Shown: piece by piece, positions 1 through 9,814 of the stretch | Position numbering within the stretch: position 1 is the first letter of the stretch | Layout of the letters: every line of letters begins with the position of its first letter | Source of the DNA: an uncultured Mucispirillum sp. | Lineage (GTDB): Bacteria > Chrysiogenota > Deferribacteres > Deferribacterales > Mucispirillaceae | DNA length: 51,835 nt | NCBI GenBank assembly: GCA_910586745.1 | Contig: CAJUJZ010000001.1 | Coordinates: 1-51,835, forward strand | Reading direction: 5' to 3' | Translations under genes and position numbers: made by a program | Notes under the pieces: generated by a model | Databases searched by the model: none | The model's input: the letters and a program-made list of their open reading frames with translations, nothing else | What the model was told of the DNA's origin: nothing

Positions 1-21
1 TAATTATCCTAGAAAATTATT

Positions 22-101
22 TAATTATAAATCGGCTAATGATATATTTTATGAGCTCTTAAAACTTCTGCTTAAACTGCTGCAATCGTTTTTAGATTTT
101 A
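22..101. repeat. Dispersed repeat family B, copy 1 (end of element; inverted relative to 51756-51835)
   Basis: 22-101 is the reverse complement of 51756-51835 with 2 mismatches in 80 bp; the terminal motif recurs at 49805-49858. Confidence 0.92.
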
Positions 102-129
102 TAAATATGGTATATATTTATCTAAAATA

Positions 130-160
130 TTGACATCTTCATTTTTTATATTAATATGAT
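130..160 (+). promoter_or_regulatory. Putative sigma70 promoter of lgt operon
   Basis: TTGACA at 130-135 and TATGAT at 155-160 (19-bp spacer); GGAG RBS at 174-177. Confidence 0.5.
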
Positions 161-185
161 AAAATTAAATTTTGGAGTTTATATT

Positions 186-1142
186 ATGATGCCATATCTT
201 TTTAAAATAGGTAATTTTGAGCTGCGTATATACAGTCTTATGATAATTACAGGCCTTCTTATCTGCATATTTATGGCTGGCAGGAAGATGGTTAAAATGG
301 GTTATAAAAAAGAATATCTTGAAAATATGATAATAGTAGTTTTTATTGCAGCATTAATTGGTGCAAGGATATATTATGTTATATTCTCATGGGAATACTA
401 TAAAGATAATCCTCTTGAAATATTTGCAGTATGGCATGGTGGGCTTGCAATCCATGGTGGTGTAATAATGGGTTTTATTGCTGCCCTTATTTACTCTCAC
501 TATTTAAAAATAAAAGTTATGCTCTTTGGTGACTTAATTGCACCATGGCTTATACTAGGTCAGGGGCTTGGAAGGTTAGGCAACTTTGCAAACGGGGAAG
601 CTCATGGGGTGCCTGTAATTACTCCACCAGAAATAATATTCAGGTTAAAGCCAGTATTTACAGATTTCTGGACATCTGTATTATATACATTTAATTTAAA
701 CAGCACGCCAGAAAATGTATCAAAATTAAATGAAATAGCTAAAAATGGGGCAGAAGTAACATTTCAAGGCAAAGTATATGAATTAAAAGAATATGTGCCC
801 TGGGGCATCAGCTTTACAGATAAATATATGCCTGCAGCATACAGAGATTTTGGCACACTGGCAGTGCATCCTACATTTTTTTATGAAATGATTTTAAATT
901 TTACAGCTGCTGCAATTATGTATTATTTTTGGCGTAACAGCAAAAATATTTCTACAGGTTTAATTTTTGGTATATATTTAGTATCATACGGTTTAATTCG
1001 CGGCTTTGTTACAATGTTTAGGGCAGATGATTTAATGCTTGGTTTTATTCGTGCTCCCCATGTGGCAAGCCTTGCATTTATATTCATAGGTATATTTTTA
1101 ATTATTAGAGCTAAAAAAATATTAAAAGAATATGTTAAATAA
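186..1142 (+). CDS. lgt: Prolipoprotein diacylglyceryl transferase
   Basis: GARIYYV, WHGGLAIHGG, GRLGNFANGEAHG and HPTFFYE motifs; start moved to ATG 186 after GGAG. Confidence 0.95.
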   Translation: MMPYLFKIGNFELRIYSLMIITGLLICIFMAGRKMVKMGYKKEYLENMIIVVFIAALIGARIYYVIFSWEYYKDNPLEIFAVWHGGLAIHGGVIMGFIAALIYSHYLKIKVMLFGDLIAPWLILGQGLGRLGNFANGEAHGVPVITPPEIIFRLKPVFTDFWTSVLYTFNLNSTPENVSKLNEIAKNGAEVTFQGKVYELKEYVPWGISFTDKYMPAAYRDFGTLAVHPTFFYEMILNFTAAAIMYYFWRNSKNISTGLIFGIYLVSYGLIRGFVTMFRADDLMLGFIRAPHVASLAFIFIGIFLIIRAKKILKEYVK

Positions 1143-1157
1143 TATTGGAGGAATAAT

Positions 1158-1706
1158 ATGAAAAAAGCGGTTGTATTTTTAGCAGACGGGTTTGAAGATA
1201 TAGAAGCACTTGCACCTGTAGATATTTTACGCAGGGGCGGGGTTGATGTAACTATTGCTGGAGTAACAGGAATGCAGGTTGTAAGTTCCCACAATGTAAA
1301 AGTTATGGCTGATAAAGATGTAAATGATGTTAAAGTAGATGACTATGATGCATTTATATGTCCTGGTGGTATGCCTGGTGCAACTAACTTACAAGACAGC
1401 AGCATAGTGACAGATATAATAAAAGATGCTTACGGCAAAGGTAAAATAGTTTCTGCAATATGTGCAGCACCTATGGTGCTGGACAAAGCTGGTGTATTAG
1501 CTGGTAAAGAATTTACAATGTATCCTGGTATGCAGAACTATGCTCCAAGTGGCAAGTATATAAATAATGAGTTTGTTGTAAAAGACGGCAAAGTTATTAC
1601 AGGGGCTGGTCCTGCTGCTGCTTTTGAATATGCTTTTAATCTGCTTGCAGAGCTGCAGGGCGAAGAAATTACTTCACAGGTTGCAGAAGGTATGCTTTTT
1701 AAATAG
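1158..1706 (+). CDS. DJ-1/ThiJ/PfpI family protein (YajL-like)
   Basis: ADGFEDIEA, CPGGMPGA, AICAAP nucleophile elbow. Confidence 0.9.
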   Translation: MKKAVVFLADGFEDIEALAPVDILRRGGVDVTIAGVTGMQVVSSHNVKVMADKDVNDVKVDDYDAFICPGGMPGATNLQDSSIVTDIIKDAYGKGKIVSAICAAPMVLDKAGVLAGKEFTMYPGMQNYAPSGKYINNEFVVKDGKVITGAGPAAAFEYAFNLLAELQGEEITSQVAEGMLFK

Positions 1707-1727
1707 CAGTTTGCTGCAAGGTTTAGT

Positions 1728-2711
1728 ATGTCAAACCATATCAAATATGAATTAAATAATAATCTGCCTTTATTAAAGGCAGATTTTTCAGGCAATATTT
1801 TAGTTAATGGCAGGTTTTCAAAAGATTTAAATAAAAAGAAAACTCATTTATTTAAAACTATCAGATGGCTTGTTAAAAGTAACCCACAGAAAGAAGATTT
1901 AATAAAAGAAAAATCTTTAATAAAAGTAAATAAAATAAATCATTTTGAAGATAATAAAATTTACTGGCTTGGTCATTCCTGTTTTTATATAAGTATAGCA
2001 GGTATTTCATTTATTACTGACCCTGTTTTTTTTGACTTAATTACAAACAAAAGAGATACAGCACTTCCTTTTAATATTGATGATTTAAAAAATCTTTCAT
2101 ACCTGCTTATAAGCCATGACCATTATGACCATTTAAGTGTAAAAAGTATATCCGCTCTTTTAAAAAATAATCCAGATATGGAAGCACTGCTGCCACTTAG
2201 AACAGCAGAACTTTTTAACAGCTGCCCTTTAAAATGGATAAGCAGGCAGGAAGCTGGCTGGTATCAGTCATATATCAATTTAAAAGAGGATGTTAGAGTT
2301 ATATTTTTACCAGCAGACCACTGGTGCAGGCGTGGTTTATTAGACCAGAATAAAAGGCTCTGGGGCAGTTTTATGATAGAATATAAAGGCATAAAAATAT
2401 TTTTTGCAGGTGATACTGCATATAATGAAGAAATGTATAAGGATATAAAAAATATTATGGGCAGCCCAGATATATGCCTTATGCCTATCGGCAGTTACAG
2501 CCCCCATTATATGATGAGAGACCACCATATCAACCCAGAAGAATCAGCAGCTATTTTTGAAATACTAGGTGGTAAAAAATTTATCCCTATGCATTACGGC
2601 ACATACACTATGAGCAGTGAACCGGCAGGAGAGCCAGTTCGCAGAATAAAAAAAGTAGTAGATAAAGACAAATTAATTCTTTTAGAAATAGGTGGAGAAT
2701 ATAATTTATGA
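1728..2711 (+). CDS. MBL-fold metallo-hydrolase (RomA/NAPE-PLD-like)
   Basis: WLGHS, TDPVF, SHDHYDHL, FAGDT, PMHYGT motifs. Confidence 0.88.
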   Translation: MSNHIKYELNNNLPLLKADFSGNILVNGRFSKDLNKKKTHLFKTIRWLVKSNPQKEDLIKEKSLIKVNKINHFEDNKIYWLGHSCFYISIAGISFITDPVFFDLITNKRDTALPFNIDDLKNLSYLLISHDHYDHLSVKSISALLKNNPDMEALLPLRTAELFNSCPLKWISRQEAGWYQSYINLKEDVRVIFLPADHWCRRGLLDQNKRLWGSFMIEYKGIKIFFAGDTAYNEEMYKDIKNIMGSPDICLMPIGSYSPHYMMRDHHINPEESAAIFEILGGKKFIPMHYGTYTMSSEPAGEPVRRIKKVVDKDKLILLEIGGEYNL

Positions 2712-3601
2712 GTATAATAAAAGATGTAATTGATAATAAAAAAATATCCCTTGCTCTTGACTCTGGTTCAGCCAAAGGAATGGCACATATTGGAGTAATA
2801 GAAACCCTTGAAAAAGAAGGCTATCGGATTACAGCAGTGGCTGGCACTTCTATGGGTGCAATAGTTGCAGCCTATTACTGTTTAGGAAAGCTTGATGTGT
2901 TAAAATCATGGCTTACAGGGTTAAATAAAAAATCTACATTTATGACACTTGATTTTTCATTTTCAGGTGGTTTTATCGGAGGTAAAAAATTAATGCAGGC
3001 CTTTGAGGAGCATTTAGGGGATGCAGCATTTGCAGATGCTAAAATACCTTTATATATTACAGCCACTAATTTAGATACAGGCAAAGAGCGTATTTTTTCA
3101 GAAGGAAGGATAATACATGCAATAAGAGCAAGTATTTCTGTGCCGGGAGTAATGCGTCCTTACTTATATGAAGGTAATTATTATGTAGACGGGGCAGTTA
3201 CGAACCCGCTGCCTGTTGATGTGCTGCATAATAATAAACATAAAAATATTGTGGCAGTTCATCTCCATGAATATATAGAAGAAAGAGATAATTCATCAGC
3301 CCCCGGTCTGCTTGAAACTATGAGCAGGTCTATGGGTATAGTTTCACGCTATCTTGCAAAAGCAAAAATGCAGGAAGCTGTAGCTGTTATTGAGCCAAAG
3401 ATGGCAGGTATTGATATGTTTCATTTTTATCAGGCTCAGGAAGTGATTGACCGTGGAGTTTATGCTGCCAAAACAGCAGTAGAGCAGGGTGCATTAGACA
3501 GCATAGCTCTTAAAATATTAAATAACTTTAAAGAGAAAATAAGCGACAGAATAATATATATTATGAAAAAGAAATTAGGTAAAAACAGCAGTTTATCATA
3601 A
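2708..3601 (+). CDS. Patatin-like phospholipase (RssA-like)
   Basis: LALDSGSAKG, GTSMG and DGA motifs. Confidence 0.88.
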   Translation: MSIIKDVIDNKKISLALDSGSAKGMAHIGVIETLEKEGYRITAVAGTSMGAIVAAYYCLGKLDVLKSWLTGLNKKSTFMTLDFSFSGGFIGGKKLMQAFEEHLGDAAFADAKIPLYITATNLDTGKERIFSEGRIIHAIRASISVPGVMRPYLYEGNYYVDGAVTNPLPVDVLHNNKHKNIVAVHLHEYIEERDNSSAPGLLETMSRSMGIVSRYLAKAKMQEAVAVIEPKMAGIDMFHFYQAQEVIDRGVYAAKTAVEQGALDSIALKILNNFKEKISDRIIYIMKKKLGKNSSLS

Positions 3602-3624
3602 TATAAGATAATTAATAAAAAAGA

Positions 3625-3657
3625 AAAAGCTGAGCTTAATATATAAGCTCAGCTTTT
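3625..3657. terminator. Bidirectional intrinsic terminator
   Basis: AAAAGCTGAGCTTA-ATATA-TAAGCTCAGCTTTT hairpin between convergent genes. Confidence 0.85.
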
Positions 3658-3663
3658 ATTTTA

Positions 3664-4125
3664 TTAGCCTTTATATTCGTAGTTATAATAATCAGAAAGC
3701 CTTTTGTCAGCACCAAGCAGATGGCTGTGATACCAGTCAGTAATAAAATCGGCAATATCAGTTAAAACACCTTCTACCCCTCTTTCATCATATTCATCTG
3801 CAGGCACATTTGTTCTTTTAAGCAGAAGTCGTTTTTTTAGAAGTTTTGCAACACCTAAATTAAATTTTTTATGGTCTGCTTTATGTTCATCAAGTGATGG
3901 ATAATGGATACGCTCCATTAAATCTTCCTGAGATGGAAAATGCTTGTGAGAATATTCTGTAAGATTATTCAAAATATTATCAAGCTGTTCTTCCCCATTG
4001 CCAACATTTTTTGCATCTATAAATATATTTGCAAATCGTAAAAACTCTTTTGTATGGTTCTCAAGAGCATAATCACCTAATTTTAAATCATCTACCCATT
4101 CTAATGGTTGTATAGTTTTACTCAA
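3664..4125 (-). CDS. Bacteriohemerythrin-like protein (degenerate metal ligands)
   Basis: W..L.LG start, HFPSQE, YPSLDEHKADH, W..H....D pattern; TTG start overlaps upstream TGA. Confidence 0.75.
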   Translation of the reverse strand: MSKTIQPLEWVDDLKLGDYALENHTKEFLRFANIFIDAKNVGNGEEQLDNILNNLTEYSHKHFPSQEDLMERIHYPSLDEHKADHKKFNLGVAKLLKKRLLLKRTNVPADEYDERGVEGVLTDIADFITDWYHSHLLGADKRLSDYYNYEYKG

Positions 4126-5843
4126 GGCAGCACCTCTTTCCTAGTATTTTTATCAGGCACTAAGGCTGATGAAATATATAAAACTGCAAAAAGCAGTAAT
4201 AATGGATATATGTATACTATAAAATTTACAGCAGCAGCCGTTAAACTAATTTCCGGCATATTAAAGCAGTGCTGAATGAGTATGCTTTGTGAATATGACA
4301 CAACAGGCAGCAGAAAATAAGAAAGCACTGAAAATATCGTGATAGTCTTGCCTATAAAGCGGAATGCAGGGAATATCATAATTACGGCAGCAAAGCCAAG
4401 TAAATATTGTAAAAGGTATCCGTTATTCATAAGTACATCAATGCCTTTTAATGAACCATAAAATGCTATTGCACTACTTTTCATCATAGCTGTAGAAGTT
4501 TGTGCAATTTCACTTACTGCCTGACCATCTGTCACTTCTATTTTATAATTTTGTATCATAGCAATTGCATTATTTGCTTCATTTAAAAATAAATCATTTA
4601 AAGGCCTGGGTAAAAGTGAAAAAAGTAACTGATAACCACCGAATATTGCAATAATCGCAGTAAACCAGTAAAGCACAAAAAGAGGAAAAAAGTCTTTTAT
4701 GACTCTGTTTAATTTATTTAATATATATACAGGCAGAAAAAATACTATACCTATAATATTTGCAGCAATTCTGCCTGGAACATCAAGCCATGGTCTGTTT
4801 CTATTTTCATAAGTATATTTTTCTGCTTCTTTTTCTCTTTTTTTAGCAAGTTTTGCCTGTCGTTTTTCTTCTTTAGCTTTCAATTTTGCAGTTTTTTTAT
4901 CAAGTGCAGTATTAGTGCTGTCTGCTGCTGCAGCTGTATTATCAGAAACCATATCTTTTATTTCTTCTTCGCTTATAATACCTTCAGGTATTTCATCAAA
5001 AGTTTTTTCAACAGGACCACTTGTAGAAACTTCAATTTTATCTGCCTGCTCGTTTAAAAGCTTGCCATATAAAAGTTCTGCTTCTGTTTCATCTTTTGGT
5101 GTATCATCTTCTTGAGCAGGTTTTAAAAGGTCAGATAAATCAATACTATCTAATAATTCATCTTCTTCCTTATCTTCTGCTGTTTCATTTTTTTCTGTAT
5201 CATCAGTTTTTGGCTCAACAAGTGGTATTTCTGCATCAAAATTATTCTTTTTTGGAGCAGACAAGTCAATATCTTCTATACTGCTGTCTTCTTTTGGAGT
5301 AAAAACTGGTGCAATATCGTCATCATTTTCTTCTAAAATAGAATCTGTACTTTCTGCATATTTTTGATAAAGATTTATTAAATTATCTTCCATTCCTTTA
5401 TCAAAAAATATAACTAAAAACTGCCCTTTTAAAGGCACTGTTTGGAATTTATATGAATTGCTGCTTAAATAATCTTTAATTTCACCACTGTTTTCTTCGC
5501 TTATAATAAGTGCAGATTTGCAGTCAAGGGAAGTCAAGTCATCGCTTTCAAGTAAAAATTGATTATTATTTTTGCTGATATCCTGACCAATTCTAAATAA
5601 TGCATTTGCACTGTTTGCTGACAGGCCTGTATTTTCTGCAAGTTGAGAAACAGATGTCTCTGTATCATTATCTATAGTTTGAACATCTGTTTCTGTAAAA
5701 TAGTAAGCTTTCCGTTTAGTATCTAATAAAATATAAGCAGGAAATGTGATTTTATCATCATATCCTTCACCTTTTTTTATAAGGCGAACACCTGCTTTTT
5801 CAAAAAATTTAGATATAGACTGTTCAAACTCATGCTGCTGCAT
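4122..5843 (-). CDS. Hypothetical membrane protein: acidic low-complexity N-terminal half plus several C-terminal TM helices
   Basis: 573-aa ORF with GGAG RBS and TTGAAG-17-TATAGT upstream; D/E-rich middle, K-rich linker, hydrophobic C-terminus. Confidence 0.7.
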   Translation of the reverse strand: MQQHEFEQSISKFFEKAGVRLIKKGEGYDDKITFPAYILLDTKRKAYYFTETDVQTIDNDTETSVSQLAENTGLSANSANALFRIGQDISKNNNQFLLESDDLTSLDCKSALIISEENSGEIKDYLSSNSYKFQTVPLKGQFLVIFFDKGMEDNLINLYQKYAESTDSILEENDDDIAPVFTPKEDSSIEDIDLSAPKKNNFDAEIPLVEPKTDDTEKNETAEDKEEDELLDSIDLSDLLKPAQEDDTPKDETEAELLYGKLLNEQADKIEVSTSGPVEKTFDEIPEGIISEEEIKDMVSDNTAAAADSTNTALDKKTAKLKAKEEKRQAKLAKKREKEAEKYTYENRNRPWLDVPGRIAANIIGIVFFLPVYILNKLNRVIKDFFPLFVLYWFTAIIAIFGGYQLLFSLLPRPLNDLFLNEANNAIAMIQNYKIEVTDGQAVSEIAQTSTAMMKSSAIAFYGSLKGIDVLMNNGYLLQYLLGFAAVIMIFPAFRFIGKTITIFSVLSYFLLPVVSYSQSILIQHCFNMPEISLTAAAVNFIVYIYPLLLLFAVLYISSALVPDKNTRKEVLP

Positions 5844-6032
5844 TTACTGCTCCGTATGTATAATTATAAAATACTACTAATATACTATACTACTAAAAAA
5901 ATAATACTTCAATAAAAGATTTATATAATTTTCTTAAATATTTTTATGTATAATTGATATAATTTTATGTGCTATGAAAAAGAATACAAAACAACTGTTA
6001 TGAAAATATGTATATATATTCATCAAAAGAAA

Positions 6033-6070
6033 GATATGCCGCTGGTTCCAATAACCGAAGCGGCAGTGTC
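6033..6070 (-). terminator. Probable intrinsic terminator of rpmB
   Basis: TGCCGCT...AGCGGCA stem followed on the minus strand by ATCTTTCTTTT. Confidence 0.55.
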
Positions 6071-6177
6071 ATAAATATGTAAGAACAATAAAGCCCTCAT
6101 CCTGCCTAAATACTATCTGATTCTGATACATAATCAGCAGAATTTAGGCGGAAAGAATTGTATATAAAAAGCTGTTA

Positions 6178-6369
6178 TTATGCTTTTTTAACTTTACCAG
6201 CTTTAAGGCATTTTGCACAAACTTTTTTTCTTACAACAGTTCCATCTGCCTCAACAGTTTTTACGCTGTGAAGGTTAGGATAGAACTTTCTTCTTGAAAC
6301 ATTGTGCGCATGGCTTACTAAGTTTCCACTTAATGGGCCTTTACCACAAACATCGCACCGTCTTGCCAT
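6178..6369 (-). CDS. rpmB: 50S ribosomal protein L28
   Basis: [27 protein letters not shown]; CxxC pairs; AGGAGG RBS. Confidence 0.97.
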   Translation of the reverse strand: MARRCDVCGKGPLSGNLVSHAHNVSRRKFYPNLHSVKTVEADGTVVRKKVCAKCLKAGKVKKA

Positions 6370-6450
6370 ATCATTCCTCCTTGCTTTTTAGGGAGTAAAA
6401 TGATAACCTATTTTTTATGAAAATAGCAAGTGTTTTTTTAAGGAGGAGCA

Positions 6451-6648
6451 ATGATTATTACAAAAGATACTTTAACAGCTGATATTTTAAAAAATATTAA
6501 TGGTGCAAAAGAGTTTTTTGAAAGCCTTAATATGGGCTGTCTTAGCTGTATGGGGATACAAAATGAAACATTAGAAAAAAGCTGTCTTATGCACGGATTA
6601 AATATTGAAGAAATTATGGAGAAATTGAATAATTTACAAAATCAGTAG
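6451..6648 (+). CDS. DUF1858-like small Cys-motif protein
   Basis: MGCLSC...ETLE..C.MHG pattern; AGGAGG RBS. Confidence 0.8.
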   Translation: MIITKDTLTADILKNINGAKEFFESLNMGCLSCMGIQNETLEKSCLMHGLNIEEIMEKLNNLQNQ

Positions 6649-6662
6649 TAAATGAGAGTGGA

Positions 6663-7400
6663 ATGGAAGAAAAAAAATTAAGTGAAAATAAAAGACTGAT
6701 GCCTGCATTTTTTTCATGGTGGCAGGGAGGTATCCGTTATGCAGAAAATATTGATAAAAACGGAGAGATATTAAAACTGCCTTTTGAAAAAAATGCTCTT
6801 TATGGCGATACTGTTTGGAGCCAGCTTTACCCAAATATTAAGCTGAAACCTTTAACTTGTATGGAAATATTTGGCAATAATAACCCCCTTAATTTAGAGA
6901 TAGGTATAGGAAATGGTGAGTTTATTGCAAAATATGCAGGCGAAAAACCAGAAGAAAACTGGCTCGGGGTAGAAGTATTTAAAAAAATATTTAAACTGGC
7001 AGAAAAAAGGGCAAATAAAATAGAAACTAATAATATACGCATTATTCAGTTTGATGCTGCCCTTATTTTAAGGCTTATGGAAGATGAATCATTAAGCAAT
7101 GTTTATGTAAACTTTCCAGACCCATGGCCTAAGAAAAAACATAAAAGAAGAAGGCTTTTAAAGCCTGAATTTATACAGCTTATTGTATCTAAGCTGAAAA
7201 GAGGCGGTCTTATGCAGATTGCCACAGACCATGATGATTATGCAGAAGAAATAAATGAGAATTTAAAAGAAGTAACTGGAATAGAATCTATATATGATAC
7301 AAGTTTTGTCCGCCATATAGATGATTATTTCCCCACAAAATATTTTAGAAAATTTGTAAGCAGTGAAGGTGCTTATTTTTTTAGATATAAGAGAATATAA
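6663..7400 (+). CDS. trmB: tRNA (guanine-N7)-methyltransferase
   Basis: LEIGIGNGEF, NFPDPWPKKKH.RRRL, ATD motifs; N-terminal extension. Confidence 0.93.
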   Translation: MEEKKLSENKRLMPAFFSWWQGGIRYAENIDKNGEILKLPFEKNALYGDTVWSQLYPNIKLKPLTCMEIFGNNNPLNLEIGIGNGEFIAKYAGEKPEENWLGVEVFKKIFKLAEKRANKIETNNIRIIQFDAALILRLMEDESLSNVYVNFPDPWPKKKHKRRRLLKPEFIQLIVSKLKRGGLMQIATDHDDYAEEINENLKEVTGIESIYDTSFVRHIDDYFPTKYFRKFVSSEGAYFFRYKRI

Positions 7401-7402
7401 TT

Positions 7403-8653
7403 ATGAAAAAAACAATTTTATTATTAATGATGACATTATGTTTTTTGCAAGTTTCTTTTGGAGAAACTACTTATGACAAAATATACTCTTTTACTATTGA
7501 TGGAGTTATTACAGATGCCACTGCATCTTTTATAGAAGCTAATATTAAAAAAGCAGAGCAGGATAATGTGCCAGTATTAATGTATATTGATACACCAGGT
7601 GGTGTGCTGGAATCTACTAGAAAAATAGTGCAGACACTGCTTTCTTCAAAAGTGCCTGTAATATCTTATGTTTATCCAAATGGTGCAAGAGCTGCATCTG
7701 CGGGTATATTTATTACTATGGCAGCAGAGTTTTCTGCAATGAGTGAAAGTTCAAATATTGGAGCTGCTCACCCTGTTTCTTCAAATGGTGAAGATATAAA
7801 AGGTGATATGGCAGAAAAAGTTTTAAACGATACTACAGCTTTAATTAAAACTATTGCAGAAAAGCGTGGCAAAAATATTGAAACTGCTGTTGGTATGGTT
7901 ACAAAATCAAAAAGCTATACATCAAGTGAAGCACTAAAATTAAATATAATAGATGCAGTTGTAAACCATGATGAGCTTATAAAAATAATCTCTAAAAAAT
8001 ACAATATATCAGAAAATACAGAAATAATTAATATAGAACCTGATTTCAAGCAGGAAATATATAATATAATAGCCAACCCTGACTTTTTAGCAGCAGTGCT
8101 TTTCCTTGGTATTATTCTTATTATGCTGGAAGTTAAAATGCCAGGCACATTTGTTTTTGCAGGGCTTGGTATTATATGCTTAATAGTGTTTGCTTTTGGT
8201 GCAAATATTATACCTATAAACTTTTTAGGCATAATGCTTATACTGTTAGGCTTTGGGTTATTTATTGCAGAGATATTTATTACAAGCTTTGGTGCATTAA
8301 CTGTTGCAGGGCTTGTAAGCCTTATTTTTGGGCTTCGTATGCTTTTTGACAGCGAACATTCTGCAGGTATATCCGTATCTTTATGGGTTATTCTTTTAAT
8401 TACAGGTACAACATCATTAATAGCTTTATTAATAGGCAGGCTTATAATAAAAGACTTTATAAGAAGACCATCATCAGGGCCTGAAACTATGCTTGATAAA
8501 GAAGCTGTAGTTATAGAATGGGAAGAAAATAAAGGCAGAATAAAAATATATGAAGAAATATGGAATGCATACAGTGATGAAAACTTATCAGTAGATGATG
8601 CAGTTATCATTACAAATATAGAAGGCTTAAAACTTAAGGTTAAGAAAAGATAA
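7403..8653 (+). CDS. NfeD family membrane-bound ClpP-class serine protease (long form)
   Basis: Signal peptide, IDTPGG, RAASAG, NIGAAHP, TM bundle, C-terminal OB fold. Confidence 0.9.
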   Translation: MKKTILLLMMTLCFLQVSFGETTYDKIYSFTIDGVITDATASFIEANIKKAEQDNVPVLMYIDTPGGVLESTRKIVQTLLSSKVPVISYVYPNGARAASAGIFITMAAEFSAMSESSNIGAAHPVSSNGEDIKGDMAEKVLNDTTALIKTIAEKRGKNIETAVGMVTKSKSYTSSEALKLNIIDAVVNHDELIKIISKKYNISENTEIINIEPDFKQEIYNIIANPDFLAAVLFLGIILIMLEVKMPGTFVFAGLGIICLIVFAFGANIIPINFLGIMLILLGFGLFIAEIFITSFGALTVAGLVSLIFGLRMLFDSEHSAGISVSLWVILLITGTTSLIALLIGRLIIKDFIRRPSSGPETMLDKEAVVIEWEENKGRIKIYEEIWNAYSDENLSVDDAVIITNIEGLKLKVKKR

Positions 8654-9814
8654 ATGAAAAGAGTAGTATTTGTAAGAGATAAAACTAATAAACACTCTAT
8701 AAGAGCACTTTTAGCAGCTTATGAAAAATGGTTTCCTGAAAAAGATTATTATGTATTAGCACCACAGGATGCCTTTGATTTTTTAGAAGAAGATGATTTG
8801 GTGTTATTTTCATTTTTAACAGGTACAAGCAGTGCTTATGTTGATTATGTTACAAGGCTTAAAGCAAAACTGCCTAAAATAAATACAGTATGCGGCGGTG
8901 CTCACGCCAGTGCAAGAAGTGAAGATATGCTTAAATATTTTGACGGAGTATGCACAGGCGAAGGCGAAGAAAGTATTAAAGATATTATTGAAATGGCTCA
9001 CTCTGGCAGGGTAGAAGGCATAATTACTGGTAAAAAAGTATTAAATCTTGATGAATACAGAATATTTCCAAGAAAAATGGTATCTTTAGGACCAATAGAA
9101 ATAGTAAGGGGATGTCCAAGCGGCTGTGCCTACTGCCAGACTCCACAGCTTTTCCGCGGAAAACTGCGGCACAGAAGTATAGATTTTATTGTAGAAGAAA
9201 TAAAATTTGCATTAAGCAGAAAAGGCTTTGCAGATGTGCGTTTTATTGCACCAGATGCTTCATCATACCAGTATAATAAAGGTATAAATTTAGAAGCAAT
9301 AGAAAGCCTTTTATATCATGTTCGCAATACAATAGGAAATAACGGCAAGCTTTTTTATGGCACATTTCCTTCAGAATTAGACCCATCAGGTGTTTCAAAA
9401 GAGCTTGTAGATTTGCTTGTAAAATACTGTGATAATAAGCAGATAGTTTTAGGACTGCAGTCAGCATCTCATGATATGCAGAAGATTATGCACAGGCGTT
9501 CCGGCCTTGCAGAAACTGAAAAGGCTGTTGAGCTTTTTTTATATCAAAATTTTGAGATAGTAGTAGATTTAATATTTGGTCTGCCTTATGAAACAGAAGA
9601 AACTTATGAAGAAACATATAAGTTTATAGAGAAATGGAAAGGCAGGGTTACTATACATTCTCACCCATTTGACCCACTTCCGGGCAGTAAATGGCAGTAT
9701 GAATTGCCTACAGAAGTACCTGCAAAATTAGTAAAGGCAGTAAAAAGTTTAGAAGGCATAGGCAGAGTATTTGGCAGAGTAACAAAAGATAAGGAGAAAG
9801 TATGCAGAATATAG
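8654..9814 (+). CDS. B12-binding domain/radical SAM protein (TIGR04013/MJ1487-like)
   Basis: GGAHAS, GEGE, PIEIVRGCPSGCAYCQTP (CxxxCxxC), YGTFPSE. Confidence 0.82.
   Translation: MKRVVFVRDKTNKHSIRALLAAYEKWFPEKDYYVLAPQDAFDFLEEDDLVLFSFLTGTSSAYVDYVTRLKAKLPKINTVCGGAHASARSEDMLKYFDGVCTGEGEESIKDIIEMAHSGRVEGIITGKKVLNLDEYRIFPRKMVSLGPIEIVRGCPSGCAYCQTPQLFRGKLRHRSIDFIVEEIKFALSRKGFADVRFIAPDASSYQYNKGINLEAIESLLYHVRNTIGNNGKLFYGTFPSELDPSGVSKELVDLLVKYCDNKQIVLGLQSASHDMQKIMHRRSGLAETEKAVELFLYQNFEIVVDLIFGLPYETEETYEETYKFIEKWKGRVTIHSHPFDPLPGSKWQYELPTEVPAKLVKAVKSLEGIGRVFGRVTKDKEKVCRI

Noticed and set aside
6000..6074. 24-codon ORF MKICIYIHQKKDMPLVPITEAAVS as a leader peptide or toxin
   Set aside because: No RBS, no hydrophobic helix, and no downstream co-oriented gene to regulate
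7915..8610. 231-aa antisense ORF, and similar ones at 29833-30285, 36958-37494 and 41267-41653
   Set aside because: They lie opposite well-supported genes, lack motifs, and show typical reverse-frame composition
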